Positions 24,194 to 36,842 of a stretch of DNA of 64,000 nt are shown here, piece after piece. Every line of letters begins with the position of its first letter. Positions within the stretch are counted from its first letter, which is position 1. The DNA is taken from contig NC_091981.1 of NCBI RefSeq assembly GCF_044704955.1, forward strand, positions 178,002,001 through 178,066,000, read 5' to 3'. Position numbers and translations under genes: made by a program. The notes beneath the pieces are model-generated. The model was not told the origin of the DNA and did not search any database. It saw only the letters and a list, made by a program, of their open reading frames with translations. The stretch is from Pristiophorus japonicus. Lineage: Eukaryota.

Positions 24194-27100
24194 TGTTTGT
24201 AACTGTAAACAGTAACGTTAAAATGGATTTAAAAATTGCTACTATTAACGTGCGTAGCGTAAAATCTACTACGCGATGTGTTTCCACCTTGGGGTACCTC
24301 GCCAAGGTCAAAGCGGACCTGCTTTTCTTGCAGGAGTGCGGTCTGCCGTACTTTAGCAGTTACCGGCAGTGGTCACGATGGTGGACCTATGGACCATCCA
24401 TATGGTCAGGAGGCAACGACAGCCGGGCTTCCGGCCTGGGCATTCTGCTGCGGGGAGGCCACTTCACCATCACCGAAGTTAAGGAGGTGGTGGGCGGCCG
24501 CCTCCTCGTAGCAGACATAATGTACAAAAACTCCCCTCTCAGGTTAATTAATGTTTACGCCCCAGTTCACAAGAACGAGAGGCTGGCCCTTTTCCAGCAG
24601 CTCCCAATGCTACTGGCAACATCCAGGCCGGTCATTCTGTGCGGTGACTTCAACTGCATCATCGATGCGGCTGGACGATCCAGCAGAGCCGACGGCAAAC
24701 TGGACGCCACGTCCAAACTCCTGATGGATGCGGTAAAAGATGCCAAGCTGTGCGACGTCTTCAGCAACCCTGCAGACGGAGCACCGCTCAGATACACCTG
24801 GTCGAGACCAGACGGGTCCGCCCGTCCCAGAATAGACTTCCTGTTTGTGTCCCACACGCTCAAGGTCAGATCCACCGACGTCACGCCGGTGTTCTTCTCT
24901 GACCACTGCCTCCTACTGGCCGACTGTCGCCCACAGGAAAACCAGAAAGTTGGCAGAGGGATATGGAAGCTGAACGTGAAACTGTTGACTCTGGAAAACG
25001 TTGAGGAACTCAAGAGGGATTACAAAGGTTGGAGAACCGTAAAACCCCTCTGCAATTCCCCGATGCACTGGTGGGAAACAATCAAGACGAACATCAAGAG
25101 GTTCTTCATCCTCAAAGGTCTTCAGCAGGCGAGAGGGAGACAGAGGGAATTGTCCCAACTCCAGACGAATATGCAAAACCTGCTCCTGCTTCAGTCGATG
25201 GGGGTCGACGTCGGGGAGGAACTCGAAGAGGTGAAGGGCCAGCAAGCCTCGCTCTTTGCCTCAGAGTCCTCCAAGATCACCTTCCGCTCCAGAGTCCGCT
25301 CCGTCGAGCAGGACGAGACGTGTTCGCGTTTCTTCTTCCAAAAGGTACACAGGGGGAGCTCTGTGATCACCAGCCTAAAGGAAGAAGACGGTTCTGTGAC
25401 GTCTTCGCAGCCTGACATGCAGAGGATCAGCAAATCCTTCTATGCCAGGCTGTACAACGTCAAGCCCACAGACCGCGCGGCCTCCCATTCTTTCCTGTCG
25501 TCTATTTCGGAGGTCTTAGAAGACAGCAAGCGGGAGAGTCTGGACCACCCGCTAACTCTGACCGAGCTGACAAAGGCCGTCCGGTCCTTCGAGACGAATA
25601 AAACTCCCGGAAGCGACAGCTTACCGGTCGAGTTGTACTCGGCTCTGTGGGACTGGATAGGCCCAGACCTGCTGGAAGTATACGGAGGTATGCTTCTGGC
25701 CGGCAGCATGTCAGAATCGATGAGGAAAGGCATCATCACCCTCATCTACAAGCAGAAGGGGGAGAGGGAGGAAATCAAAAACTGACGGCCCATTTCGCTG
25801 CTCAATGTGGACTACAAGATCCTGTCAAAGGTCATCGCCAACAGGGTCAAGTCTGCTCTTGAGCTGGTGATTCACCCGGACCAGACCTGCGCTGTCCCTG
25901 GCAGGAAGATCTCTGATAGCCTCGCGCTACTCAGGGATACGATTGTCTACGTGCGGGACAGGAGGGTGGACACCTGCTTAATCAGCTTAGACCAGGAGAA
26001 AGCCTTTGACAGGATATCGCACACGTATCTGATGGACGTGCTCTCCAAAATGGGGTTTGGGGAGGGTATCCGAAATTGGGTCAAACTGCTCTACACAGAC
26101 ATCAGTAGTGCAGTCCTAATCAACGGGTGGGAAACTCAAAGCTTTCCAATCAGATCTGGAGTCAGGCAAGGCTGCCCTCTCTCGGCTGTCTTGTTTGTGT
26201 GTTGTATCGAGCCCTTTGCCGAGTCCATCAGGAAGGATGCGGGCACTGGAGGGGTGACGATCCCAGGCAGCGGAGGTGCTCAGGTCAAGACCTCCCTATA
26301 CATGGACAACGTCGCCGTTTTTTGCTCGGATCCGCAGTCGGTCCGCAGATTGCTCACAATCTGCGACCAGTTTGAACTGGCCTCGGGAGCAAAGGTCAAT
26401 CGCAGCAAGAGCGAGGCTATGCTCTTTGGCAACTGGACCAACTGAGCCTTCATTCCCTTCACCGTCAAGCCAGATTTCCTGAAGGTGTTGGGAATATGGT
26501 TTGGAGTGGATGGGGCGTGCGCCAAAAACTAGGACGAGCGTATCGCCAAGGTCAAACAAAAACTGGGATGGTGGAAGATGCGCTTCCTCTCCATGGCAGG
26601 AAAGAACCTGGTCATCAGGAGTGAGGTGCTCTCGGGATTGCTGCACGTGGCACAGGTCTGGCCCATCCCTCGCTCCTGTGCCGCGGCAGTCACTCGGGCT
26701 TTCTTCCACTTTGTCTGGAGGTCCAAAATGGACCGTATCCGCAGAGACACAATGTACAAATCTCTGGACAGTGGAGGAAAGGACGCCCCGAACGTGGCCC
26801 TCATCCTGATGGCCACCTTTGTGTGCGGCTGCATCAAGCTGTGCACAGACCCCCAGTACGAAAACACCAAGTGTCACTACGTGCTGAGGTTCTACCTGTC
26901 CCCGGTGTTGCGAAGGATGGGTCTGGCCACGCTGCCGCGAAACGCCCCCATCAGTTGGACCATGCCTGTCCACCTGTCCTTTGTGGAGAAGTTTTTCACA
27001 AAAAACCCCTTTGACCACAAGGCCATAAAACAGTGGTCAGCACGTAAGGTCCTGGACGCCCTACGAAAGGAAAGGGTAGACCCTGTCGGGTGGTTCCCTG

Positions 27101-27627
27101 AGCGGACTGTCGAACTTATTTGGCAGAACGTCTCATCACCAGAGCTTTCACACAAGCACCAAGACGTAGCTTGGTTGGTGGTGAGGAGGGCCTTACCTGT
27201 CAGAGCGTTCATGCACAGCCGACATATCATCAATATGGCACGCTGCCCCCGAGTCGGCTGCGGGGCGGATGAGACTGTCACCCATCTCTTTCAGGATTGC
27301 GCCTTCACAAGGCAGGTTTGGAAAGAGGTGCAGTGGTTGCTGTCGAGGTTCATCCCAAGCAGCTCCGTAACACAGGACTCTGTGCTCTACGGGCTGTTCC
27401 CAGGGACACACACCGAGACAGACATCACCTGCTGCTGGAGGGCCATCAACTCGGTCAAAGACGCTCTTTGGTCTTGCCGAAACTTGCTGGTTCTCCAGAG
27501 CAAGGAGATGTTCACGTCTGCGTGTTGCAGACTGGCGCAATCCAAGATCCAGGATTACGGGCTGAGGGACGCACTTAAAATTGGTGCAGTCGCCGCAAAG
27601 GCACGGTGGGGAAGGGCCACAGTTTAA
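24193..27627 (+). pseudogene. Tx1 ORF2 (APE endonuclease, RT, C-terminal zinc finger) with three in-frame stops
   Basis: Motifs KIATINVR, LFLQE, GDFNC, RIDF, SDHC, KN*RPISLLNVDYKILSK, LDQEKAFD, GVRQGCPLS, LYMDN and CPRVGC...ETVTHLFQDC. Stops fall at 25783, 26443 and 26530, all in one frame. Alternative start at 24223. Confidence 0.9.
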
Positions 27628-28519
27628 AGCCCTTCTGCCACGGAAAACCCGGGGACAGGAATCAGTACAAAACCCCCCTCGGGCTGTATTTGTAATTTAT
27701 TTTTTGTGTACATGGAGCACCATGATCTGTAAACACCTATGTAGTGCCATGTACAATGCAAGGTCTGTTGCGAAATGCTTGTTGAAAAGAAAAAAAAAAT
27801 GGAAATGTACCGTCACCCATTCCGTGTACTGTATAGTGACACATGAAATGTAATTTGTTTGCATGTACTACAAGGTATCCCGCATTGGACCGAGTTGCAC
27901 TTGAACTGGAAAACAAGGAAATGTAACGAACGGAACTGCCGTCAGCACCCAAATAATAGTGTATGGGAATGCTGACCGCAGCTAAAAGTATTGAAATGCC
28001 TTTGAATGTACTGTACAGATTTTTTTTATGAATAAAGTATATTTTGAAATATTTTTTAAAAAGCAGCAGAACACAGCAGTACAGAAGCAGACAGCCAGCC
28101 AGTCTTCGGGACACCAGCTGCAACCAAGAAAAGGGCGTATAATCGATTTCAGAATTGGTGATTGTATGTTTGTTCCAGCCAAATCATAGAAGGGTTTTGT
28201 GATTGGGTTTGGGTAACTTTATATGTAACAGTCAAGTTGCGTACGAGTTTAATTTTGTCAAGTTGTGCCGATGCAAATTACCTTTTCGTAAGGGTTTGTT
28301 AGTCCCACATAGCTCGTAGTGATTTATACTAGGGAGGTAGTGTGTGTACGTTCAATAAAACGTCCAAATCTTGGTTGAGCCAAAACTCTGTGCCATGTGT
28401 AATTTTGTTCTTATAAAACCTGATGTCAAGAACTGTGTAACGGGGGACTAGGCATGTCGTAACCCTTACCAGGCTTTAAACAGAAGTTGTATAGCCTCAA
28501 TTTGGTTTAGCTTCCATAC

Positions 28520-28680
28520 TAGTACAGCTCCAACAGTGCATCTTGTAGATGGCACACACTGCAGCCACGGTGCGCCGCTGGTGGAGGGAGTGAATGTTTA
28601 AGGTGATGGATGGGGTGCCAATCAAGCGGGTTGCTTTGGCCTGGATGGTGCCAAGCTTTGAGTGTTGTTGGAGCTGCACA
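28520..28680 (-). mobile_element. Short CR1-like LINE fragment, same family as 9467-10705
   Basis: IQAKATRLIGTPSITLNIHSLHQRRTVAAVCAIYKMHC matches the ORF at 10086-10406. Confidence 0.7.
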
Positions 28681-30528
28681 CAGAGGCTGGTCGAAGGGGA
28701 CTATAATCAATTAATCACCCTGTACCTCTCAAAGGTCTCAGACACAGCTGTCGATCAAACCCACTACACCAAGATTTTTCAAATGGAAGGCATCTATGTC
28801 AAGGTAGGATTTCTGTCAGCCACTTATGCATCCTGAGCCTGGGAGACTTTACAGGGTCTGTTAAAAGTTGCTGCTGTGACCTGAGCACAGCAACAGTCAG
28901 AGCAATCACGCAAGCCCCTTTCAAAAAAAAAGAGGGCTCCTCCAGAGGCACCTGAACATTGGATTTCAGGGCCTAACAGGGAGGCTTGGATCCTGCATTC
29001 AGCCTGAGTGGATGGCAGGAAACAAATTGTAATCCCATTTGTATGTGCCATATATGTACTGGCATATTTTATTCCATCAGCCCACTGTCTGTAAAAGGGG
29101 AGAGTGGAATCAGGACATGGTGATACGTGTCCGTAAACAAATTTCTAACCCCATCTGTCCCAGATCCATTTGAAGACCAGCAGGATAAGGCCGGAAAGCC
29201 TACGGCAACAGGTGCATCCCACGAGGTGGAAAAAAAACAATTTAAAGAAAATCACAGCTTTAATGAAGAGACCCACCCAAAACATTGACCGTCCTCTTCC
29301 AGATGCTATGTATTTCCAGTATTTTGTGTTTTTACTTGAATCCCAGTGTTCACATTTCTTTTCATGTGGGAAGCTTCCATTGCAGTAACAGATTAATAAT
29401 CTCTCATCATCCTGGAATGTCACTGACTGACAATTATATTTTTGATCTTAAAAGGCCAGATCCAAAACGAACTTCCAGTTTTTCAGTCTAACATTCAAAG
29501 GAAGAACCAAGCACAAATTAAAACATCATTTAGGATAGTTTGATGACTTTTAAGACAACCCCTAAAGATGGCAATTATTCAATAATGATGTGCCATTTCC
29601 CTATGGGTCAGCAGTTCCCACAGGCACCATTAAAGACAGCAATTATTAATACCTCATAAGTTGGAGGTTTCACCTACCCATTGTCAAACCTTTAAAGGCA
29701 TTTCCATTTTCTGTACATGATCTTTTATAAATAAAAATTAATTTTCTTTTCAGAAAGCCAGTGGCTGTGAACCCATCGACATGGCTGAAAACCCAATGAT
29801 ATAGCAAGTTCTTTCTTGAAGTGGTTTCAGATAAGCATGTTAGGTAGTGAAGTAAAAATCTTGGGAACCAACTGATCAAAAAAGTATTATTGAAAGAAAA
29901 GGCAAAGTTAGTGGCACCTCTGGATTATTTATTTTTGAAAAATGTGCAGGAAAAGATATGTTGGTGCAACTATATTTGTAGTTAAATGATTTGAGGCAAT
30001 TATGCTTAGAACTGGATATATTTGAACTAACAGCAAGCTGCAGGTCTCCAATGTATTAATTTGTTTCAGAAAAATGTAATCTGATTAGTTTTTTTTTTTA
30101 AAAAGTGTTTCTACCACAAATTTGCAAGCATCTAGCAAGAAATGTATAGAGCACTAGTGATTTACCAGTGGTAGTGCCAGCTTCTGGTATGTTAGTGGTG
30201 AAAATGAAAGGTGCTGGTGTAGACAAAGTATTGGATTCTGCTCAACTGTTTGGTAAAATGCAAACAGCTATTATAGGATTACATACATGAATTAAGGCAG
30301 AGCAAATCAGCTAGATCCAATTAAAAATGTGTTTTCAACTGAAGCAGTTGTGTTTTCCAGTGCAGTAGATCTACCACAGTTCTTGTGGGTCCCCTAAAAT
30401 GGATATTCCTGGCCACTAACCCAAGCAAATCCCAGCAGTCACATGTTTGTTTGCAGGCTGAATTAAAAAAATGGCTTTAAAGCATTTTGTAATGGTTACA
30501 GTGTTATTACTAAGTTAGGAGGCATAAT

Positions 30529-31540
30529 GAGCCCAAGTTTCCACAAGAAAAAAAACGGGCGTCCCTCCGAGCTGGGCGTCCGTTTTTCGCGCCTAAAAAA
30601 AATCCTTGGTATTCTCCACCTACTTACAGGTCCTCTGGCCCTCGGCGCAGCCAGCACGAGCTGTGGGGGGGGCGGAGCCAGGTCCCTGCGCTGAAAACAG
30701 TGCCGGGACCTCTGCACATGCGCGCTACAGTCGGCACGCAAGTGCAGTAGCTCCAGGCGCCGAACTGTGTGGGAGGGGCCCGAAGCACGCAGCCCCTAGC
30801 CCTGGCTGAATGGCCTCACTGGGGCTGCATGGATAAGGTTCCTCCCACGGCCAGCTCCCCCCCCCCCCCGGACCCGACTCCCGGACTGGATCCGATCTCT
30901 CCCTTCCCCACCCCCCTTCTCTCTCTCTCTCTCTCTCTCTTCCCTTCCCCCCCCCCCTCCCTCTCTTCCCTTCCCCCCCCCGCCCGCCCCCCCCCCCTCC
31001 CTCCCTCCCCCCCCCCCCTCCCTCCCTCCCCCCCCCCCCCCCCTCAGCGGCACGAACGGCTGCAGAATTCTCCCTGGCTGAAGCACTTTCACACAGGTAG
31101 GAAGATGGTTTATTTAATCTTTTCTTGGCTTATAAATGTTTATTCAGGTTGGATTTATTTGTATAATATTTGTAGAAGTAGAAATAAGGATTTATTGTCA
31201 AATTTAATGAGTTCCCTTCCCCCCCTCGTTCTGGACGCCTAATTTGTAACCTGCGCCTGATTTTTTAAATGTGTAGAACAGGTTTTTTCAGTTCTACAAA
31301 AATCTTCACTTGCTCCATTCTAAGTTAGTTTGGAGTACATTTTCACTGTGGAAACTTTCAAATCAGGCGTCAGTGGCCGGACACACCCCCTTTTGAAGAA
31401 AAAATTCTGTTCCAAAGTAGAACTGTTCTACCTGACTAGAACTGCAGAAAAAAAAGTGGAGAATTGCAATTTCTAAAATAGTCCATTCTCCACCAGTTGC
31501 TCCTAAAAATCAGGTGCGAATCATGTAGAAACTTGGGCCC
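30529..31540. mobile_element. Non-autonomous Harbinger-type element (MITE-like)
   Basis: Left end GAGCCCAAGTTTCCACAAGA versus reverse-complemented right end GGGCCCAAGTTTCTACATGA is 17/20 identical. 3-bp TSD AAT at 30526-30528 and 31541-31543. Internal C-rich low-complexity tract. Confidence 0.8.
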
Positions 31541-31544
31541 AATA

Positions 31545-32330
31545 AGTGGTGTAGCAGGCAGTTATAAAGGGACTGAGTGAATGGACAAAACTATGGCAGA
31601 TGGAGTTCAATGTGGGGAAGTAAGATCATCCACTTTGGATCAAAGACAAATCAACATATTTTTTTAAATGGTGAGAGACTAGGAGCTGTGGAGGTGCAAA
31701 GGGTTTTAGGTGTCCATGTACACAAATCACAAAGTTAGTGCACAGGTTCAAAAAGGCTAATGTAAAATTAGCCTTTTACATTAGCCTTTTTCTCAAGGGG
31801 GCTGGAATACAAGTGAGCAAGTGATACTTCAGTTTTACATCTGTAGTACTGTGTTCAGTTTTCAGGAAATATATATTGGCCTTGGAAGGGATAGTGCACA
31901 TTCACCATAATGATTTAAAAGGGTTAAATTATGAGGACAGGGTCCATGAACATAGCCTGTAATCCCTCAAATTTAGACTGTTGAGGGTGATCCAACTGAG
32001 GTTTAAAATGATGGGTAGATATAGAAAAACTATTTCCTCTGGTGGGAGTATCCAGAACAGGGGGCATAACCTTAAAATTAGAGTAAGGCCCTTTAAGAGA
32101 CAAATCAGGAAGCACTTTTTCCCCACAAAACAGTAGTGGAAATCTGGAATCTCTCTCCCACAAAAGGCAGGGTCAATTTAAATTTTTAAGACTAAAATCA
32201 ATAGATTTGTGTTAGGGAAGTGTAGAGAGACATGGAGGAAAGGCAAGTAAATGGAATTGAGGCACAGATCAGCCATGATCTAGTAAGTGTGGAACAGGCC
32301 CGAGGAGCAGTATGGCCTGTTTTTTGTGCT
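31545..32330 (+). mobile_element. Degraded CR1 3' fragment
   Basis: tggcagatggagttcaatgtggggaag and a tail resembling gatcagccatgatc...gaacaggcccgaggagcagtatggcct. Confidence 0.6.
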
Positions 32331-32821
32331 CAACAGGGGGCGGTTAGTACTAGGGAATGGAAAACTTTCCATTTTAGACATCATGTCAGAATTAAGCACT
32401 CCCAGGTCAAATACAGGACTTCTAAAAGAGTAAAGTGCTCTCTACACTGCCCCAACAACATGCCTCAGCCTGAAGATTCCTTACTGCCACATAGGAAACC
32501 AACAGTCAATAGACAAGGAGATATTTTTCACCCCATCAATATAGACTGAATTTGAACCTAGGTCTCATAGGTGAAGTATCAGTGTCTAGCCCACTGTGTC
32601 ACCCAGTTCAAAGAGTACTTTTTAAAACAGGAATCTTATCAAAAGGAGGTGCAGTGTGATAATTGAGTTATTCAGCAGTGTTAAAAATGTGCATTTATTT
32701 GATGCCTTATAATGTCTCAGAACATTCCAAAGTGCTTCACATACAATGATTTGTAGAGTGAATTATGTAGGTAAAATTGTTTTGTTTATGCTGAAAAAAC
32801 AACATAGAAATAAGTAATACT

Positions 32822-32827
32822 TTTATT
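32822..32827 (-). promoter_or_regulatory. Probable SEC61B polyadenylation signal
   Basis: AATAAA on the minus strand about 265 nt after the SEC61B stop codon. Confidence 0.5.
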
Positions 32828-33091
32828 GCAGAACAATAGTGAGCTGTTTTACAAAAAAAAGGTAGGAAAGAAACTTCCAACAAAGATTTCAGAAATCCAA
32901 CAGAGACAACACTTCTTATGAAAATTAGGAAAAGGTGCTACACCAAGTCCTATAGAGATGATCTTCGCTTTAATCCATGAGTGGAAAGTGAGGTTTAATG
33001 TGTCAGAATTCAGTTCCCATAAAAATAGACATTTGGTCCAGGATGAATGAATACATTAAGTTGAAAGGAGGGAAAGTTGCTGATGTTTGGT

Positions 33092-33406
<315 letters not shown>

Positions 33407-34351
33407 TCATCTTGGGCAGGATTGTGTGCCCAGAACTACACAGCACGCACCATTCTGCCCATTAGTCACTTTAAATATCTCTCATTTTAATAGACTTAAA
33501 AAATCTACATAATACAACATATCTAAATAATTTCAAACCTAAATGAAGAATATCAGAAAAAAATTGTGCTCCTACAATTATAACCTGGGCACATTTTAGA
33601 TTGGAAAACTAAATTTCCTCACAGCTTTGCTTTCACTTCTCCCTCCACCAGTGAAGTTAAAGCTAAATGTACCGATCTATGTTGCCCTCAACAGGCACTG
33701 ACGCCCAGAGCAGTTTTTTATCTTAATCAAATTCTGACGCAAGCTTCAGGCTATCCAGATTCCCACCCCCCCCCCCCCCAAAAAAAAAAAGAGTAGATTC
33801 AATTACAACTTAATAATACAGGACAGTTATCACAACATTGCATATTCTGAATTTTGCTCATGAGCAGAAAATCCCATTCACATTCTAACCACAAACAAAA
33901 TTGTCCACAGCCGATTCTTACTCCGTTTATGGGGAGATTGAATTTAAACAGATATTACATTAATTGTGCAAATCCAGAACATCCCTCTTACTGGATCCTA
34001 GTGGTTCCCTAGTTCAGAACCAGCATTTTCCAATATTTACAAGAGTTCTATATGAAGTGCAATTAATTTTTAGAAAATGGGAAAAAGCAGCAACAAACTC
34101 GAGGGCATGTACAGCAATTATAAGTAACAAGCTTCTGATTTACAACCTAGCAAAACAAAGCAAAGCAAAACACACACAGCATAACCACGCTTCCGTTTTG
34201 TTATTGTCCATTTACTCTGATCTTCCCTTCTAGAGAGGGGCTCAACTCAGGCATAAAATGAACAAACTTCATGCTAAGCTGCCTTTAAAATAGTTGAACA
34301 CGAAAGCCTCCCTCTGCCCTAAAATATTAAATACTGGTATCTAGAATCCTT

Positions 34352-34930
34352 GAGCTGGAATTTGGTGAGCATTTCCGCCGGGTTTTTTGGCGGCATTCTT
34401 CGTTTCAGCAGAAAACCACCACCCGGCGGGAATTTCATTGAAGTGTTCTGCAGCCGGTTTTGAAATACTGCTGGGGAGTGGACCACCGGCGTGCACCGCC
34501 GGAAAATCTGCTACCGCCCAAGTTTTGGTCACAGCGGTGACCCATAGGCGAGGAGAAAAAAAAAACACCCACGAGAAACCAGCCGGAGCTGGATGGTAGG
34601 TATGAAATCCTGCAAACGATAAGTAAAGTCTTAAAACAAATTCTTTTGCAGCGATTCAGTGGAAAAGGGTCGTGAGAATAATTTCCAATTTTTAAATTTT
34701 GTTTTATTGAAAAATATTGTGTGTTTTCCCCCCTCCCTAGGCCCAACTTGCAGCGTCGGTCGAAATTTAACAAGGCTCGCGTTTCCTGCCGAGAATCCGC
34801 GTACAACGCTGATTTTTCCCGCCGGGCGTAATTTTTTCCATTTTATCAATCTCTCGCCGGCGTTAATTTAATAATCTTAGCGGTTTTTTGGGTGACAATC
34901 TGGCAGTGGCAGATTATCAAATTCTAGCCC
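34352..34930. mobile_element. Harbinger-like MITE
   Basis: Imperfect TIRs GAGCTGGAATTTGGT / GGGCTAGAATTTGAT (reverse complement) and a CpG-rich body. No clear TSD. Confidence 0.5.
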
Positions 34931-36214
34931 ATAGAATCTGACAGCATAGGAGGCCATTTGGCCCATCGTGCCTATGCCAATTCTTTGAAAGAGTTATCAA
35001 ATTAGTCCCATTCCTCTGCTTTTTCCCCATAGCCCTGCAATTTTTCTCCTTCAAGTATTTATCTAATTCCCAATTTATCCAATCTAATTGGCTATTAATG
35101 CCACACACAGTACAAATTGGACTGGGACAGAGAGCAGTGAAACAGAGATCAGACCATCGTCAACACAATATTACTTCTATTGATCTGGGCAAGAAGAATT
35201 TGCAGGAGACATTTAAAAACTCTCGTACATGACAGCCAGCTCAGAATTATGAAGATATTATAAAAGAAAATTGATTTATATAAAAAGCTCAGCTATATTA
35301 AAACAAATAGCCTGTATACTTACATTTTGGATAAATCAAAGAGAAATAGTTTAATTAAGGTGGAATTCATTGGACTTTTTTTTACTTTCAAACCATTTAC
35401 TTAAATTGAACTTTCTTTTTAGAGTTAGGGACTAAAAATATTCTGGCTTTTAAAATAAAGGCAGTCACAGTCTTGACTATTGAATTTCCCCCCCCCCAAA
35501 ATCCTTAAAAGTCTGAGCTCATCTGTCTCATTGCAGTTATTGGATGAAGAATGGACTTTGACATAAAGCTCTGGTTTCATTTCCCATGTGTACAATGAGC
35601 ACAAGGTATTGAAAGCCCCAGATCAATGTGTGCATATACGTTGAAACACAGTCAAAGCTGATAAACTCATCTACCACTGACATACATAACCAAGGTACTA
35701 TTTGACCTTCAAAGAAATATGGGTGAAAATACCAGAGTGACACCCTATATTACCCTAAACGGCAATACCCTAACCAAATTTAAAAGATGAAGCATGGAAA
35801 GAAAAAGGGTTGAGGATGAACAAATGTTGTTACTCCTTAAAAGAGGAACATTAATGTAGCAGCTGAGTGCATCATTAAAAACATACTTGCAAGATGAAAT
35901 TCCCACCTTCATTCATTTTAGCCAAAAAGATTGAAGTAAAAAGCAATGAATATCGCATCTACCCCCCGCCCCCCACCAAGTCCTGAAGACAGACAGCTAT
36001 TTTGAAAAGGTTTATTGTTGAAGAACTTATATTACAATAAGACTTTGAAGATCTTCTCTGTTATAGCCTCAATGTGGGAACATCCCCACTTACTGATGCA
36101 GTCTGATGATAGGCAAGGGAGCCTAATGAAGCATGTACACAATCACAGGGTACAACTCCCGTGAGCTGCACAGAAGCCCTTCAATACACGATGCTGATAA
36201 CACACACATAATGC

Positions 36215-36842
36215 ACCCCTAAACGGTTTCCTTTAACCTACTTCCACATTTGTTATATCACCCGTCTCCATCCCCTGCCTCAGCTCTTCAGCTGCTGACA
36301 GCCTCATCCATGCCTTTGTTACCTCTAGACTGGACTACTCCAATGCTCTCCTAGCCGGCCTCCCACCTTCCATCCTCCGTAAACTTAATCTAATCCAAAA
36401 CAGTACTGCCCGTATCCTAACCTGCACCAAAACCCAATCACCCACTGACCTACAGTGGCTCCCGGTCCAGCAACACCTCAATTAAAATACTCATCCATGT
36501 GTTCAAATCCCTCCACCCCAATCTCTATAATCTCCTCCAGCCCTACAACCCGCACGCCACAGTTTTCTAATTCTGGCCTCTTGCGAATCCCCAATTTTTA
36601 AAATCGGTAAACCATTGGTGGCCGTACCTTCAGCTGCCTAGGCCCTAAGCTCAGGAATTCTCTCCCTGTTCGCGCCTCTCTCCTTCAAGTCGCTCCTTAA
36701 AATCTACTTGTTCAACCAAACTTTGGGTCACCTGTCCTAATATCTCTGGTTCGTGTCAAATTTTGTCTGAGAATGCTCCTGTGAAGCACCTTGGGATGTC
36801 TTTACTACATTAAACGCACTATATAAATATAAATTATTGTTG
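36215..36842 (+). mobile_element. L2-clade LINE 3' fragment
   Basis: ctcatccatgcctttgttacctctagactggactactccaatgctctcctagccggcctc translates to LIHAFVTSRLDYSNALLAGL. L2-type tail gtgaagcaccttgggatg...ctatataaat. Confidence 0.8.

Larger units (their letters stand above)
22242..28061 (+). mobile_element. Apparently full-length Tx1-clade (L1 group) non-LTR retrotransposon with a U2-derived 5' UTR segment
   Basis: TSD AGCAGCAGAA at 22232-22241 and 28062-28071. Contains a gag-like ORF1 with 3 CCHC knuckles, an ORF2 with APE-RT-zinc finger, AATAAA at 28031 and a short A tail. Confidence 0.92.
21638..28482. mobile_element. Putative solo LTR (about 1 kb without the insert) split by the Tx1 insertion
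   Basis: Begins TGTAGG at 21638 and ends ...TTAAACA at 28482. It has AATAAA near 28354 and internal imperfect tandem repeats at about 22085-22185. The TSD is not clean. Confidence 0.4.

Noticed and set aside
24193-27627. Active Tx1 copy, programmed readthrough, or APOBEC-type hypermutation
   Set aside because: Three ORF2 stops, YMDD changed to YMDN, and an ORF1 stop plus frameshift indicate a dead copy. Several changes fit ordinary CpG decay and there are too few to claim editing.
30769-31242. Proline-rich 157-aa ORF
   Set aside because: It arises from a poly-C/CT low-complexity tract inside a MITE.
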